From Yuukianura sp. NJ FZ-2021 (taxonomy: Eukaryota): DNA of 64,000 bases. How positions within the stretch are numbered: position 1 is the first letter of the stretch; each line of letters begins with the position of its first letter. Below the pieces are notes generated by a model that saw only the letters and a program-made list of their open reading frames with translations, searched no databases and was not told the DNA's origin. Both the position numbers and the translations under genes were made by a program. Of the stretch, positions 13,070 through 23,738 are shown piece after piece. The stretch lies in assembly GCA_046563655.1 (NCBI GenBank), contig CM102286.1:4712001-4776000 (forward strand). The letters are read 5' to 3'.

Positions 13070-13869
13070 ATGCCGAAAAGTCGCTGTTGTATACCAACAT
13101 GCACGACCAGGGAAGGCGACAAGGGTATCCCATTCCATGGGATTCCAGCAAAACCGGAACGGAGGTCAGAATGGGTGAAAATAATACGACGTGTACGCCA
13201 AGATGACAATTGGACTCCGTGTAAAAGGTAATAGAAGTTAGTTAGAGAAACACTATGACCCTAGTATCGCAACTTAAGTTAATTATATCTTAAGTTATAT
13301 CGTAAATTATATCTTAAGTTAATTAGAGAAACACTATGAGCCTTGTATCGAATTCGAAACTAAGTTCTTGTTTGTTCAATAGCACCGTGGTGTGCGGCAA
13401 ACACTTTGAAGTATCATGCTATAGGACCGATCCTAGCTATGTGTGTCAAGAATTGAGGCATTTAAAAGCCCAATCGGTTCCGACATTGTTTGACAAGATC
13501 CCGAAAGGAAAGGAACACACAATGCCGGAAGTTGCAGAAGAAGCACTGAGGTTGAGCAACGAAAAGAATGAGACTGAAACGATTATTCCTGATCTGATTT
13601 ATCCATTTAATGTGGGAAGCGAATCAAGTACAGATCAAGGAGAGGAACCGAAACTTGTGATTCGACGACCACTTATTACTTACCCAGGCAAAGTAGGTCT
13701 GAAGACAAGACGAGTAGCTGCGCTCGGGAACGAACTCACCGTAAGCGACACCGCTACGCAAGACTTTTGGCTACAAGTACAAAAAATCAAGAAAGATGCA
13801 GACTCTGGGGAAAGTCAAGCTTTACTTCTGGTGGAGTCCATTTTGAAGTATGGAAAACGGTCGGATTAG
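13070..13869 (+). CDS. THAP (C2CH zinc-finger) domain protein, about 214 aa, two coding exons
   Basis: Exon 1 13070-13227 (MPKSRCCIPTCTTREGDKGIPFHGIPAKPERRSEWVKIIRRVRQDDNWTPCK) splices AG|GTAATA ... AATAG|C to exon 2 13383-13869 (STVVCGKHFE...LRHLKAQSVPTLF...YGKRSD*). Shows the THAP signature C-x4-C, FH-x2-P, W, CxxHF and an AVPTIF-like box (SVPTLF). Confidence 0.88.
13242..13339. repeat. Small internal duplications in the THAP intron
   Basis: TTAGAGAAACACTATGA occurs at 13242-13258 and 13323-13339; ATTATATCTTAAGTTA occurs twice between them. Confidence 0.8.
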
Positions 13870-14349
13870 CATTGAATTCATCCTGGTACAACTGCGTACT
13901 AAAACAACTACAACGGTTTTTCGTTACATTTGGAATTCCGGCAGCGGTATGGCCGACGGATCGCCCAGATCCACTCCATACCACTTCAGTCAAGTTTGCT
14001 TACGGCTGCGGACTTCACGCATTGGTTCATGTCATCTCAGTGTAAGAAAAAAAGACAACGTCATTAAACATGTTTAGTTTAACAAATGTTACGTGTCAAA
14101 GGTGTAAGTAAAACTATTTTCAAACGTGATATAAAACAATCGTGAATTCGGTAATTCGTATTTTTCAAGTTGGATTTTATTTTAAAATCATTGAGTCTAG
14201 ACAATTTTAATGCGATTGGTTAAAATTCTTGCGAAGGCCGTCCATTCAAAAACAACACATTGCAACTAAATACACACAATTTTGATTGTCGACTGGTTTT
14301 TTAGCAAAGTAAGGTCAATTATTAAAAATTGAGGCATAAAACTAATGAC

Positions 14350-17300
14350 TCAGATCAGTTGTTGGCGCTGCGCAAGCTGTGGTGTCGTTTCCACTACTTT
14401 GAAAATATTTGCCAATTCTTCAACCAAAGTTTCATAGCGGTATGCCACACGAATGTCTGGTAAATTAGTTCTGCTAATGTCATTCCCAGCAACACCATCC
14501 TTTTTCAAAACAAAATTGTGAACGATTACAATCAAAATCTATGCAAAAGAAAAATCCGAAATTTTGACCTCTTTCTTACCTTTGTGTAATTTGGGCCCTG
14601 AAAAACAGATTCAAATTAGAAATTGAGCTAATTTTAATGGGGAAATAGATTTTTTTGATATAATGATTCAGCTTACCAGCCAATACTGCTTGACCTAAGG
14701 AAACAAAAATACTTTTAGAATTAAAATTCTGACGTTATGTGTTACTTAGAAAAATCTATGCATAACTAATTCAAAATTGAAGATTTATGAGTTAACGTAA
14801 CGTTGTAGTTTGACCGCTAACGATGTCATTTTTTTCACTACAAAGCGATTCATAAATATTTCATACGAGCGACAGTTTCTCTGACCTTTACCTTATGCGG
14901 AAAGCCGCTCATAAGAACGCTGTTTCTGCAGAGCTCACACATGTCGCATGCGCTGAGCTTCCACACTTGTGCAGCAATGCTGAAAAAAAATTAATCACCA
15001 AATTCATCCCAGTAAAATAATTAAAATTAGTGTATTCATTAGTTCCGTCGTACAACGGTTCACCAAATTTTGTAACATGGCGGGAAATTGTTCAAAAATG
15101 TACATTCTACGTCACCATTAGGCGGGAGAATTCAAATTTTACCTGTACTCTTCCATTAAGGGTTCCTTGGTAAAGTGGAACTGTAGAGGATCATCCTAAA
15201 ATTAAAAGAAAAATAAGCTACCAAATTTGAACTGATTTGAACGCAAAACATGTTGAAAATTCACGAATTTTTTTAATGTTTGTGGCGCAATACTGCGTTA
15301 TATTTTAAATTCTTACCGTTGACAAGCTTACAACCAGTCCTCGGGCAAGAAATCTAAGGAAAAGTGAACGCAGTTTTACCGATATGTTGTGTGATGGAAC
15401 AACACGCAATACTCCAAATTTACGACGAACTACTTACTCTGGAAGTGGGTTCCTGTTGTAGTTTAAGAAAAGCGAATTGTTGCTCAGCGGAGACATTGCA
15501 ATTCCAATTTGGGAAAGGTAGTACAGATACTGCAGAACTGGAACCTGAACACAATAAATATTTTGGATTTGGTGTGATTTTTTGATAGTCTTTGAATTGT
15601 AATCTGTTTCTAAAGAGATTTACCTTGCGCAGAAGCAGTCCGTGGGAAATGTTTTCAGACAGAAGGTACGCAGAAACCAGGTGCTGAACGGGACCAGCTT
15701 CTCCACAATGCGGTCGCAGTACAAACGTATTCATTCCGCGTTCTTTGCGGAAGTGGTTGAGAACTGCCAAATTTGCGTACATGAAGTACAAGTAGTAGGA
15801 GTATGGCGGATTTTCCTTGTCAGTCCATTGGTCAGGCGTAGGAGCGTTGTGGTCAAAGAGTGGATGTTCCGGTTTACTTTCATCATCCACAGAATCAAAT
15901 CCAATGACATACTGCAGAAATCGGTGCATTTCAGGGTGACTGCGAGGGTCATTCGTTGCTTCGAAAACAGGCAGAAACAAATTTTCCAAAATCTCTTGAA
16001 AGTTCTTGATCAAATTTTTTGATTTGTAAATGTCACTGTGAACAAATTAAAAATTAAAAGCAGAGTTAAACATGTATAACGAAATGCCAGTATAGAGAAA
16101 GCACGACTTACTAAAGGCGAGGCACTTGAATGAGCCATCGAACATTCTGTTTTCAAAACCAAAACAAAATTTTGAAATTCTATTTTAACAATTTTACTCA
16201 AATTTTCATGTTGCTACCTCAGAATAAACATCATGCGTCACTGCCCACTTAGCCAACATGTCCCACTCATCGCGACTTTTTCCGTAAATAGACAGACGCA
16301 ACTCAGCATTTTGGTATTTGCTTTCTTCGTAGTCTGCCATGGCTTCCTTGATGATTTGCGCAAAAAAATTTCCACCAGTGTAATTGTCCGTCTTGAGAAA
16401 AACTTCTCGAAGACGAGACTCTCCAATAGGGTTGTATTTGGCATTGAATTTGTCAAATCGATGAAAAGTATTTCGATCCTGCCAGAAAAATTCAAAATTT
16501 CAAAATTCTCACTTTCATAACCTTTGACATGTTCCCAACTTTTTTCCCATTTTCGCTTACGCAGTGCACGTCTAACATATCCACAGTCAAGGCATAAGCT
16601 GTCAGTTTTAGTGATTGGAAGACTTGTTTCAAAGTCATCCCACTTTTTCCGTCGTCTGCCAGGCACACGTTTTCATCTCCGTGATTTTTCAATGTCTTTT
16701 TGATGAATCGGAGCAAGTGCTTTTGGTTCATACATGAAGCTGCATGAATGTGGGTGTCGACCTAGAACCGTCAGCAGAATTTTTTGAAAATCGAATACAT
16801 TTTTTTGAAAAGAATATTTTGAAATGTCCTTGTCTTTTGCCAAATAATTCCTCGAGCATTACCTTTCTAATATTATAAAAATCTCTATGAGGCACGTCCT
16901 TCTGAGCCGAAAGTTCTTGGACTTCGTTCAACAAACTGTGCAGTTGGTACTTGGAAAAGAGGTAGCTCAGTCGCTTGAAACAAAACGACTTGAGCGGTCC
17001 ATCAGCAATCATGTAGCATAAAATTTTCATGTCACGAATGTACTCGGAGAGGCCTGGAAATGGATAGGCATTTGGTGTCCCATGCATCATTGCTTCCTCG
17101 GAAGCGTAAACTTGACAGACGCCTTTTTCAAATCGAAGCTTGTAGCCCATTTTGGGCTGAAATTCACATTCCCAAGGATTTCCTTTGGGTGGAGGGTGAA
17201 TAGGATGATCTGTAAAAAAGATTCAAAAGAATATTAATAAATATATAATTTTTTTTAAATAAAAAAGATAATGAAACTCATGTGGGTGATGTTGTGATCC

Positions 17301-19687
17301 TGCAAATGTCTCATTGCAGTCAGAAACTCAAAGGTTCTTTGGTGTCAAAGTGAAGAACAGGTTGTTGATTAAACTAGTGACAAGGTGTCGGGGTCTTAAT
17401 TAGTTAGTGAAAACGAATGTTCAGCGCCAAACTCCTGTTGGTTAAAAAAGATAGAAGAGTAAGAAAAACAAAGCAAAGTAGCAAAACAACAGAAAATGTA
17501 AAATTAGCTAAACATAGTAAGTATAGGAATTTCAACAAATTAGAAAAACTGAAACTAAATATTTGAAATTAGTAAAAAGTTTGTTGAACTAAAAGTAGCA
17601 GAACAAAAGTTCTACCGACAAGTCTGCCAACCAATCAAAAAAGACCAAAAGAATACAAAAGGCAACAAAATTAAAAATGGCAAACCTTTTGTTTTCTTAG
17701 AGGCAAAATCCGCTGAGCCCAAATCTTTGCCTTAATCAAAACCAAGAAACATTTAAATAAATTAAAGTAGAATTAAATTAAATGTAGAATAAATTAAGCG
17801 TAGCTACTAAATTATCTACTAATCAAGTAGTTTAGCGAAATATTGTCCGGTCCAGTTCGAATGTACATAAGATATAATGCCCAAAAAAACTAAAATGTGT
17901 GCGGATTAAGGTGGTGAAAGTAAGGAATTAGGATTTAGGATAAATTGTAAACAGTACCATGCGTTGCGCCTGCGGAGTAGAAAGAAATTTGAGGTGAAGG
18001 AGGGATACTTTGAAATTCCGCTTCAGAAATGGTCAAAGGTGGATGGACATTGGCTTCAAAGGACTTTTCAGAAATAGTTCCCAGAAAACGTTCCGATTCG
18101 CTAATGCTGACGGTTCCCTGTAACCGCTCGTTAGCAATTTCGTCTAGTTTGAGTCGCGTGGCTAGCAGAACGTCGTTAGTTGTTAGTGGTGCGTTCTTGA
18201 GTGCTTTCTTGCGTAGGTTTGTTAAAACGGAGTTCCTGACAAGAGCTTCGTCGTCTTCTTTTAAAGTGGCATCTTTCAATTTGACTTTAACGGTGACGAC
18301 AAAAGAAGTAATGGGGTTAAGCGAAGTGTAAAAGTTGGATGGAACTTTTTAGAAAAAGTCGAAATTTCAAAATTATCAAATTATAATTAAAAAGTTAGGT
18401 TAACCTGCAATGGTTTTTCTGTCTTCATGGTGGATTTCGGCAGCAGCAGTTTGGGTTTGGTTGTTGCTGTCGTCGAGTGACGACAGAAACCGCGAAGTGA
18501 TGTTTGGAAAACTTTGACGTGACTTTGCCATGTAATTCTCTCGAAGTCGAAGGGAGTTTACCAAATATTTGGAAGCATGAGCTAAATCTTCATAAGGTAC
18601 CTAACCAAAAATCATTAAATTTTTTAAAATTACGAAATTACTTTTGTGCTGTTGAAAACATAAGTAAAAGTTACCCCAGAAGTGTCTTCGCCAGACACGG
18701 AAACGCGCTGAAAATGTGGTACGTAGTCATGATCATCTTTGTCAATAGCTGCACCGTCAGCCTCCTCTGGAATTCCTTCAGACGGCTCAAAATTTACGGA
18801 ACGCGCATCTTCTTTAGCCCTAGATTTCAAAAATAATTAACACTTTTTAATTCCGTGTTTTTTGGCAAAGACAAATCGTTAAAATTTTTGTCTCTCACCG
18901 AAACTGTCTGTGAAGTGCTAATTTGGTTTCGAATTGTTCAATTGGAAACTGCGGGACTTCATATGGAGCTGAAATTTCATTGGCAATGGAGGCTTGGCTT
19001 GTAGTTTTCTGCAACAGCAGAGTTCCGGCCATTTCTTCGTAAGTGTCATCCAGGAGGGAGTGGCGGATTTTTGGAATTTTGAATGATGTGGGACTTCCAT
19101 AAGAAGGACTTTCACTTCCTGAAAAACAAAAGCTCAATTTACACAGTTTTCATAAAGTTTCCGTTACGTAAGCTATGCTAAAAATTCTAAGAAACAAGAA
19201 ATTTTTAGCCATGCGAACAGTCCATACGACGAAAATTGAACGATTTTTTAAGAAATATTTTCGTCAGTGAGCTAAAAATCAATCCTAGCCTAATTTTTGG
19301 ATCTTAAATGAATAATTTATATATCTTATATTGTATACATTTTTATAGAAATAATTTACTTAAAAATGCGTAAGTTTTTGGCGGACTGTTGGGTGGAGAA
19401 AGTTCGGACAAGCTCGTAGAAAGGTCAAGGCTATCGTCATTGTAAGCTGTAGGCGACATTGAAATTTCTCTAAATGGAATTGAATCCGACAAAGAATTTT
19501 GTCTAGACTGGATACGTCTTGGACGACTTGTGGCCGCTGTAATGCATTGCGACGCATCAGAGTCACTCCGATCTCTAATGTACAGGCCATCACTAGAAAG
19601 CCATTTTGAAACCAGTTCATGCGCCGGCGCATCCAGGTCCCACCCTACATCACACGTCTCAGAGTCACACCGCTGCCGCTGCATCAT
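14350..19687 (-). CDS. AMPD: AMP deaminase (AMPD2-like), isoform using the proximal first exon
   Basis: Exons (5'->3'): 19687-19360, 19118-18899, 18819-18675, 18600-18405, [optional 18344-17958], 17209-16863, 16761-16561, 16478-16218, 16146-16112, 16035-15624, 15544-15438, 15353-15317, 15195-15143, 14979-14892, 14694-14677, 14597-14580, 14499-14350 (TGA). Motifs: [95 protein letters not shown]. Confidence 0.96.
17958..18344 (-). CDS. Candidate 387-nt in-frame cassette exon of AMPD
   Basis: Stop-free for 129 codons ([40 protein letters not shown]...YSAGATH). Phase 1-1, matching the flanking exons. Acceptor TTTTTCTAAAAAG, donor G|GTACTG; leaves a 60-nt upstream intron. Confidence 0.6.
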
Positions 19688-20218
19688 TTTGAATCACTTT
19701 ATGAATTTATGAGGGCAATTTTTAAAAAAAAAATCCGTTTCCTGTCGTCACTTTTATTTTCTCGGTGGAATGTTTTTGAATTTGCACCAAAATTTTCTAT
19801 GACGAATGTGATTTGGCAAATGTCCAAGATTAACAAAAATACAAGTCCGTGCCCTCAGTTAAGCACAATAAATTCGATGTTTTCGTTTTTCAAAAACCTT
19901 GAGAGCGTTGAATTTAAATTAAGAGTGACAGTTTTGGCTGTCTAGAAATTGCAAACTGACACTGAATAAAGTTTTGATTAGGAAAAACACAAGTGTAAAC
20001 CACAAGCTCCTATGATAAACACTGTGTAGGCTATTTTTGTATTGTACTAAACTTGGTCGACTGGAATTGAACCTGTTCAGTCTTCGGAGTCCAAACACCT
20101 TTTACTCGTCTCCGAGTCATCAGCGTCTACATTATTTACTGGAGCTGATTCGGGAAGAAATGGGCGTAGCAGTGGAAAACTTAGCACATACATAACCAAT
20201 TGCGTCGTTCTTCAACGA

Positions 20219-20858
20219 TAGGGATGTTCACGTTCCGTTTCGTTTCGTTTCCACGAGGAAACGGAAACGAAACGATACGGGACTTCAGGAAACGGAAACG
20301 AAACGGCGTCTCCCCATGGAAACGGAAACGGATACGGAAACGAAACGCCAGGAAACGGAAACGGATACGGAAACGGATAATTTTTTTCTGCATCGCAAAA
20401 AATAAGCTAAAATCAGCTGGGCTAAGTCTTACTGTATTGTACAATGGCATTTTCCACTACTACATCAGTGAAGTCGTCAAAAATTTACCCAAAATCGGTT
20501 CCAGACACCTTTTTAGGCTAATGCACTGCGGTATTGCGGCTGGTATAACATCCGCTGTCGCTTATCGCAAAGCAAATCTGATCCAAAAGGTCGGATGTGT
20601 GACTAAGTTTTGTTTTTGAGCGCAAATCATTCTTGTGTCTGTGAATTTTTAGCTTTGAAAATTCAAATTACCCTCCAAAAAGAAAATAACCGTTTCCGTT
20701 TCGTTTCCAAGAAGGAAACGGAAACGGAAACGAAACGGAGAGGTTGGAAACGGAAACGGATCCGGCCGTTTCGTTTCCAAAATTCGAGGAAACGGAAACG
20801 GAAACGAAGCCGTTTCCGTTTCGTTTCCGTTTCTGGAAACGGAACGTGAACATCCCTA
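20219..20858. mobile_element. Non-autonomous hAT-superfamily DNA transposon (MITE), 640 bp
   Basis: Perfect 23-bp TIR TAGGGATGTTCACGTTCCGTTTC; perfect 8-bp TSD TTCAACGA (20211-20218 and 20859-20866); subterminal GAAACG/CGTTTC arrays in both orientations; no transposase ORF. Confidence 0.93.
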
Positions 20859-21245
20859 TTCAACGATTTGCCACTTGAGTCAAAAAGAATTTAATACCAG
20901 TTAATCCTTATTGCTAAATACTACAAAAGATATGGCTTCCCGAGGTCAACTTAACTCTGAAGGGACAGCGTTTTAGTCACCCGATTGACTAAATTATTAT
21001 GAATTAGTTGACATGACTAATGTTACGAAGAAGCAATTCTTCGCAGACCATAAAGAAAACAATCAAGTAGAGCAAAACAGACACGAATTCTGTTGCAAGA
21101 GTCAATATTAACTTCTATCTTCTCTTGCGAAAGCGAATTTTGACTCGTATTGGACAAGATCAACACCTCATAAACTGCCATACTAGCAGTACAACAAAAA
21201 AATTGTTTGAATTCTTACATGTTTTGTTTGTTTGGGTGAATGTTC

Positions 21246-21360
21246 CAAAACAAATTTTAAGTATGTAGCTGCACTACAATGTTTGTGTTTCAAAACAAAC
21301 TTTAAGTATTATAGCTGCACTCCAATATTTTTAGTTCAAAAAAAAATTAAGTGTAGCTCC
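21246..21360. repeat. Imperfect ~45-bp minisatellite, about 2.5 copies
   Basis: Units start at 21246, 21291 and 21337: CAAAACAAA(T/C)TTTAAGTAT(G/TA)TAGCTGCACT(A/C)CAAT...; the third copy is truncated. Confidence 0.75.
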
Positions 21361-21684
21361 AAATTCGTTGAAAAAACACTATAAATAAACTTGTTTTCTT
21401 GCGTGTTTCTCAGAACAAACTGACAGCTAAATGCAAGCTAAATTAATATATTGCGCCTTTAATTAAAATTAGTCACCTTCCAACTTTGTCTTTCAAAAAT
21501 TGTCTAGCTTAAGCATACAATTGCTTTGTCCGTGGTTTGTAACATGGAACTTGATTAACCCTTTAATAAAAATGACCTTGGATTGCTAAACCACAAAACT
21601 AACAACGTTGTTTATAAAATTTTTAAAATTTAGAATTTATACGTAGTCGAAATTTAAATTTTTTTGCATATGCAAAGCACTAAC

Positions 21685-21802
21685 CCGAATTATTGTTGTG
21701 GCAATAATGATAAACCAAGCCATCGTCAGAGTCAGAGTCCGAATCTGAGGATGCGTAATTCTGCTTGTGCTTCCACTGATAGTGTTTCGTCGGAGAAGAC
21801 AT
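21685..21802 (-). CDS. Candidate alternative first coding exon of AMPD
   Basis: ATG at 21802; MSSPTKHYQWKHKQNYASSDSDSDSDDGLVYHYCHNNNS; 118 nt ending G|GTTAGT; phase 1, matching the common exon at 19118. Confidence 0.6.
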
Positions 21803-22557
21803 GTTTAATCTCTTCAAAGTTTATGAAAAAACGGAAACTTTTTAAACTAATCGTATTTTGAAAAAAAAACAACACTTATATCAAAACAGTATTTGTACAA
21901 AAATGGCTTCAAAATTTGACACGACAACAACAACAGTTTACATCTGACACACGACTGAAAGAATCTTGACTTCCGTCTACCTACCAAAATACTTTTTAAA
22001 TGTTGTCTATTTCGGTGAATGCTTAGAAAAACTCTACAAAGCCAAATTTCTTAGACAGTTCGCCTTAAAGTGTGAGAACAGAAGTTGGAAACGCAGGGTT
22101 CAGTCTATTTTTAGTGCCACAGTTGTTGTTAAATTTCAAGACATGTCTCTATCGTTTCCGTTTACCGAACTCACTTGCGTCATCATTCTCAAAAAAGCAG
22201 CAGTGGTTTGATATTTCAGAAATCCTAGCATTATAATCTAACTCATCTAAAGTGTCCTCCGTTCTAGTTAAAATGTTCTACGTCGAGTACTGAATACAAT
22301 GAAGTCAATTCGGATCTTTATCACCGAATTACCGAAGCACTTTCCTGTTCCAAGAAATTAATTCCCATGATATGTCATCGTGATATCCAAAATTAATGTT
22401 CCTCACAGTTGTAAATTGCAAAACTTTAGCCATTTCAATTTTAGTATTAAGTTAAATGACTCGTGTCAAAATTTCAGAAACATACAGGAGCCTCAAATTA
22501 CGAAACTCCTGAACCATGACCAACCTTCCAATAAATTTCAAAAAAAATTACACGTAC

Positions 22558-22732
22558 TTTCATCTTGTGAATTGGCAGAGCATGCGTCGTCTCCGGACTT
22601 ATCTGGGTCAGATTCTGAGCACGAGTCATAGTCTTCAATGATTTTAGCAAGATGTCTCGGTACTGAACTTGGAGATCCATATGGATCCGGAGTCCCTCCG
22701 CCTAAGATGTCTGAAGGAGCCACTGTACTCAT
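22558..22732 (-). CDS. Candidate alternative first coding exon of AMPD
   Basis: MSTVAPSDILGGGTPDPYGSPSSVPRHLAKIIEDYDSCSESDPDKSGDDACSANSQDE; 175 nt ending A|GTACGT; phase 1. Confidence 0.65.
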
Positions 22733-23602
22733 TGTTCTTCTGTCAATTGTTATTTAAGTGATGAGGATTTGAAGCAATATTAACAATAGTCCTGCTGAGA
22801 ACACGAAATAGTTATGGAACTGACACTCGGCTTAACTTGTCGAACTGACAGCGTCCTGTTGGTAAAAAGTGAAACGCTTCACTAACACGGCACGTACCTA
22901 TTAAAAATGTCCATTAGCAGGAGTCATGGACAAAATTTATGACATCGTGAAAGTATTAAAAATACACGAAATAAGCACTAGGCTGTCACAATAGTTTGGC
23001 AGGAAACAAAGGTTCTTATCGAACACTTCTAAGATTACTTTTTAATCTGGTACAAATTCTGGCGTGGATTTAGGAAGTTAGTGGCTTATAGGACTCGTAT
23101 TAGACAGCACTGGAGCTCCTGAGGAACAGTCGCCCTTGACTCGACCCTACGTGCGTGGTAACTAAACTTCTACACAGATATGTCATAAAAAATATGCTTA
23201 CCAATTGCTAAATCTCGTGACAATTATTTTAACAACTGCGGTTTTTCTACGTGACTGGTTAAGAACAACAAAATTAAACTTTCGTGACGTGACCAAAAGC
23301 CAATGATTAGCACAATATTTGCAAAGCTCAAGTACTTGTTTGGTGCATTTTCAAGTGAAGTGCAAGATTTAAGAGTAAAAAAGCTTTTGCTTGTCCAGAT
23401 TACCGCAAAACCACGCTGCCCTTTCATGTTCTATTTGAGTTTTTGTTATTATCAGAAAGCTAAATAAAAAGTGTTTTGTGTTAAAGTTATGCGAGAAAGT
23501 TAACAAAACAATAGAATAAGGTCAAAGGTCAATGGCTAGTGAGCTAAACAGGCAAGATATTCAATATAAACGTCTTATTGTTAGTTGTAATGCATGACGT
23601 AC

Positions 23603-23738
23603 CGTCTTGACCTGAAGAAGGAATTGGTAGACGAATAGTTGACACGAACGAGTCATCCTCTCCAAGGTCATCGTCCAAACGTCTAGTACTGGGGAAATTA
23701 TGCTGTGGAATGGATTTATCACTCGAAACTGTACTCAT
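23603..23738 (-). CDS. Candidate alternative first coding exon of AMPD
   Basis: MSTVSSDKSIPQHNFPSTRRLDDDLGEDDSFVSTIRLPIPSSGQD; 136 nt ending G|GTACGT; phase 1. Confidence 0.65.

Noticed and set aside
20192..20210. Donor T|GTATGT beside the MITE, suggesting the element disrupted an exon
   Set aside because: The reconstructed empty site has an in-frame TGA upstream, and splicing to 19118 would create T+GA, a stop.
20219..20858. CRISPR-like or telomeric reading of the GAAACG repeats
   Set aside because: No repeat-spacer periodicity, eukaryotic context, and the arrays are bounded by TIRs and a TSD.
20181..20863. Arg/Lys/Phe-rich ORFs on both strands (RKRKR..., RFRFR...)
   Set aside because: They are translations of the GAAACG arrays of the MITE, not proteins.
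22175..22277. Strong donor GTGAGT at 22174 (-) as another AMPD first exon
   Set aside because: The phase-1 frame has no ATG before an upstream TAG, and the ATG-containing frame is phase 0, incompatible with exon 19118. It could be a UTR or internal exon but is unsupported.
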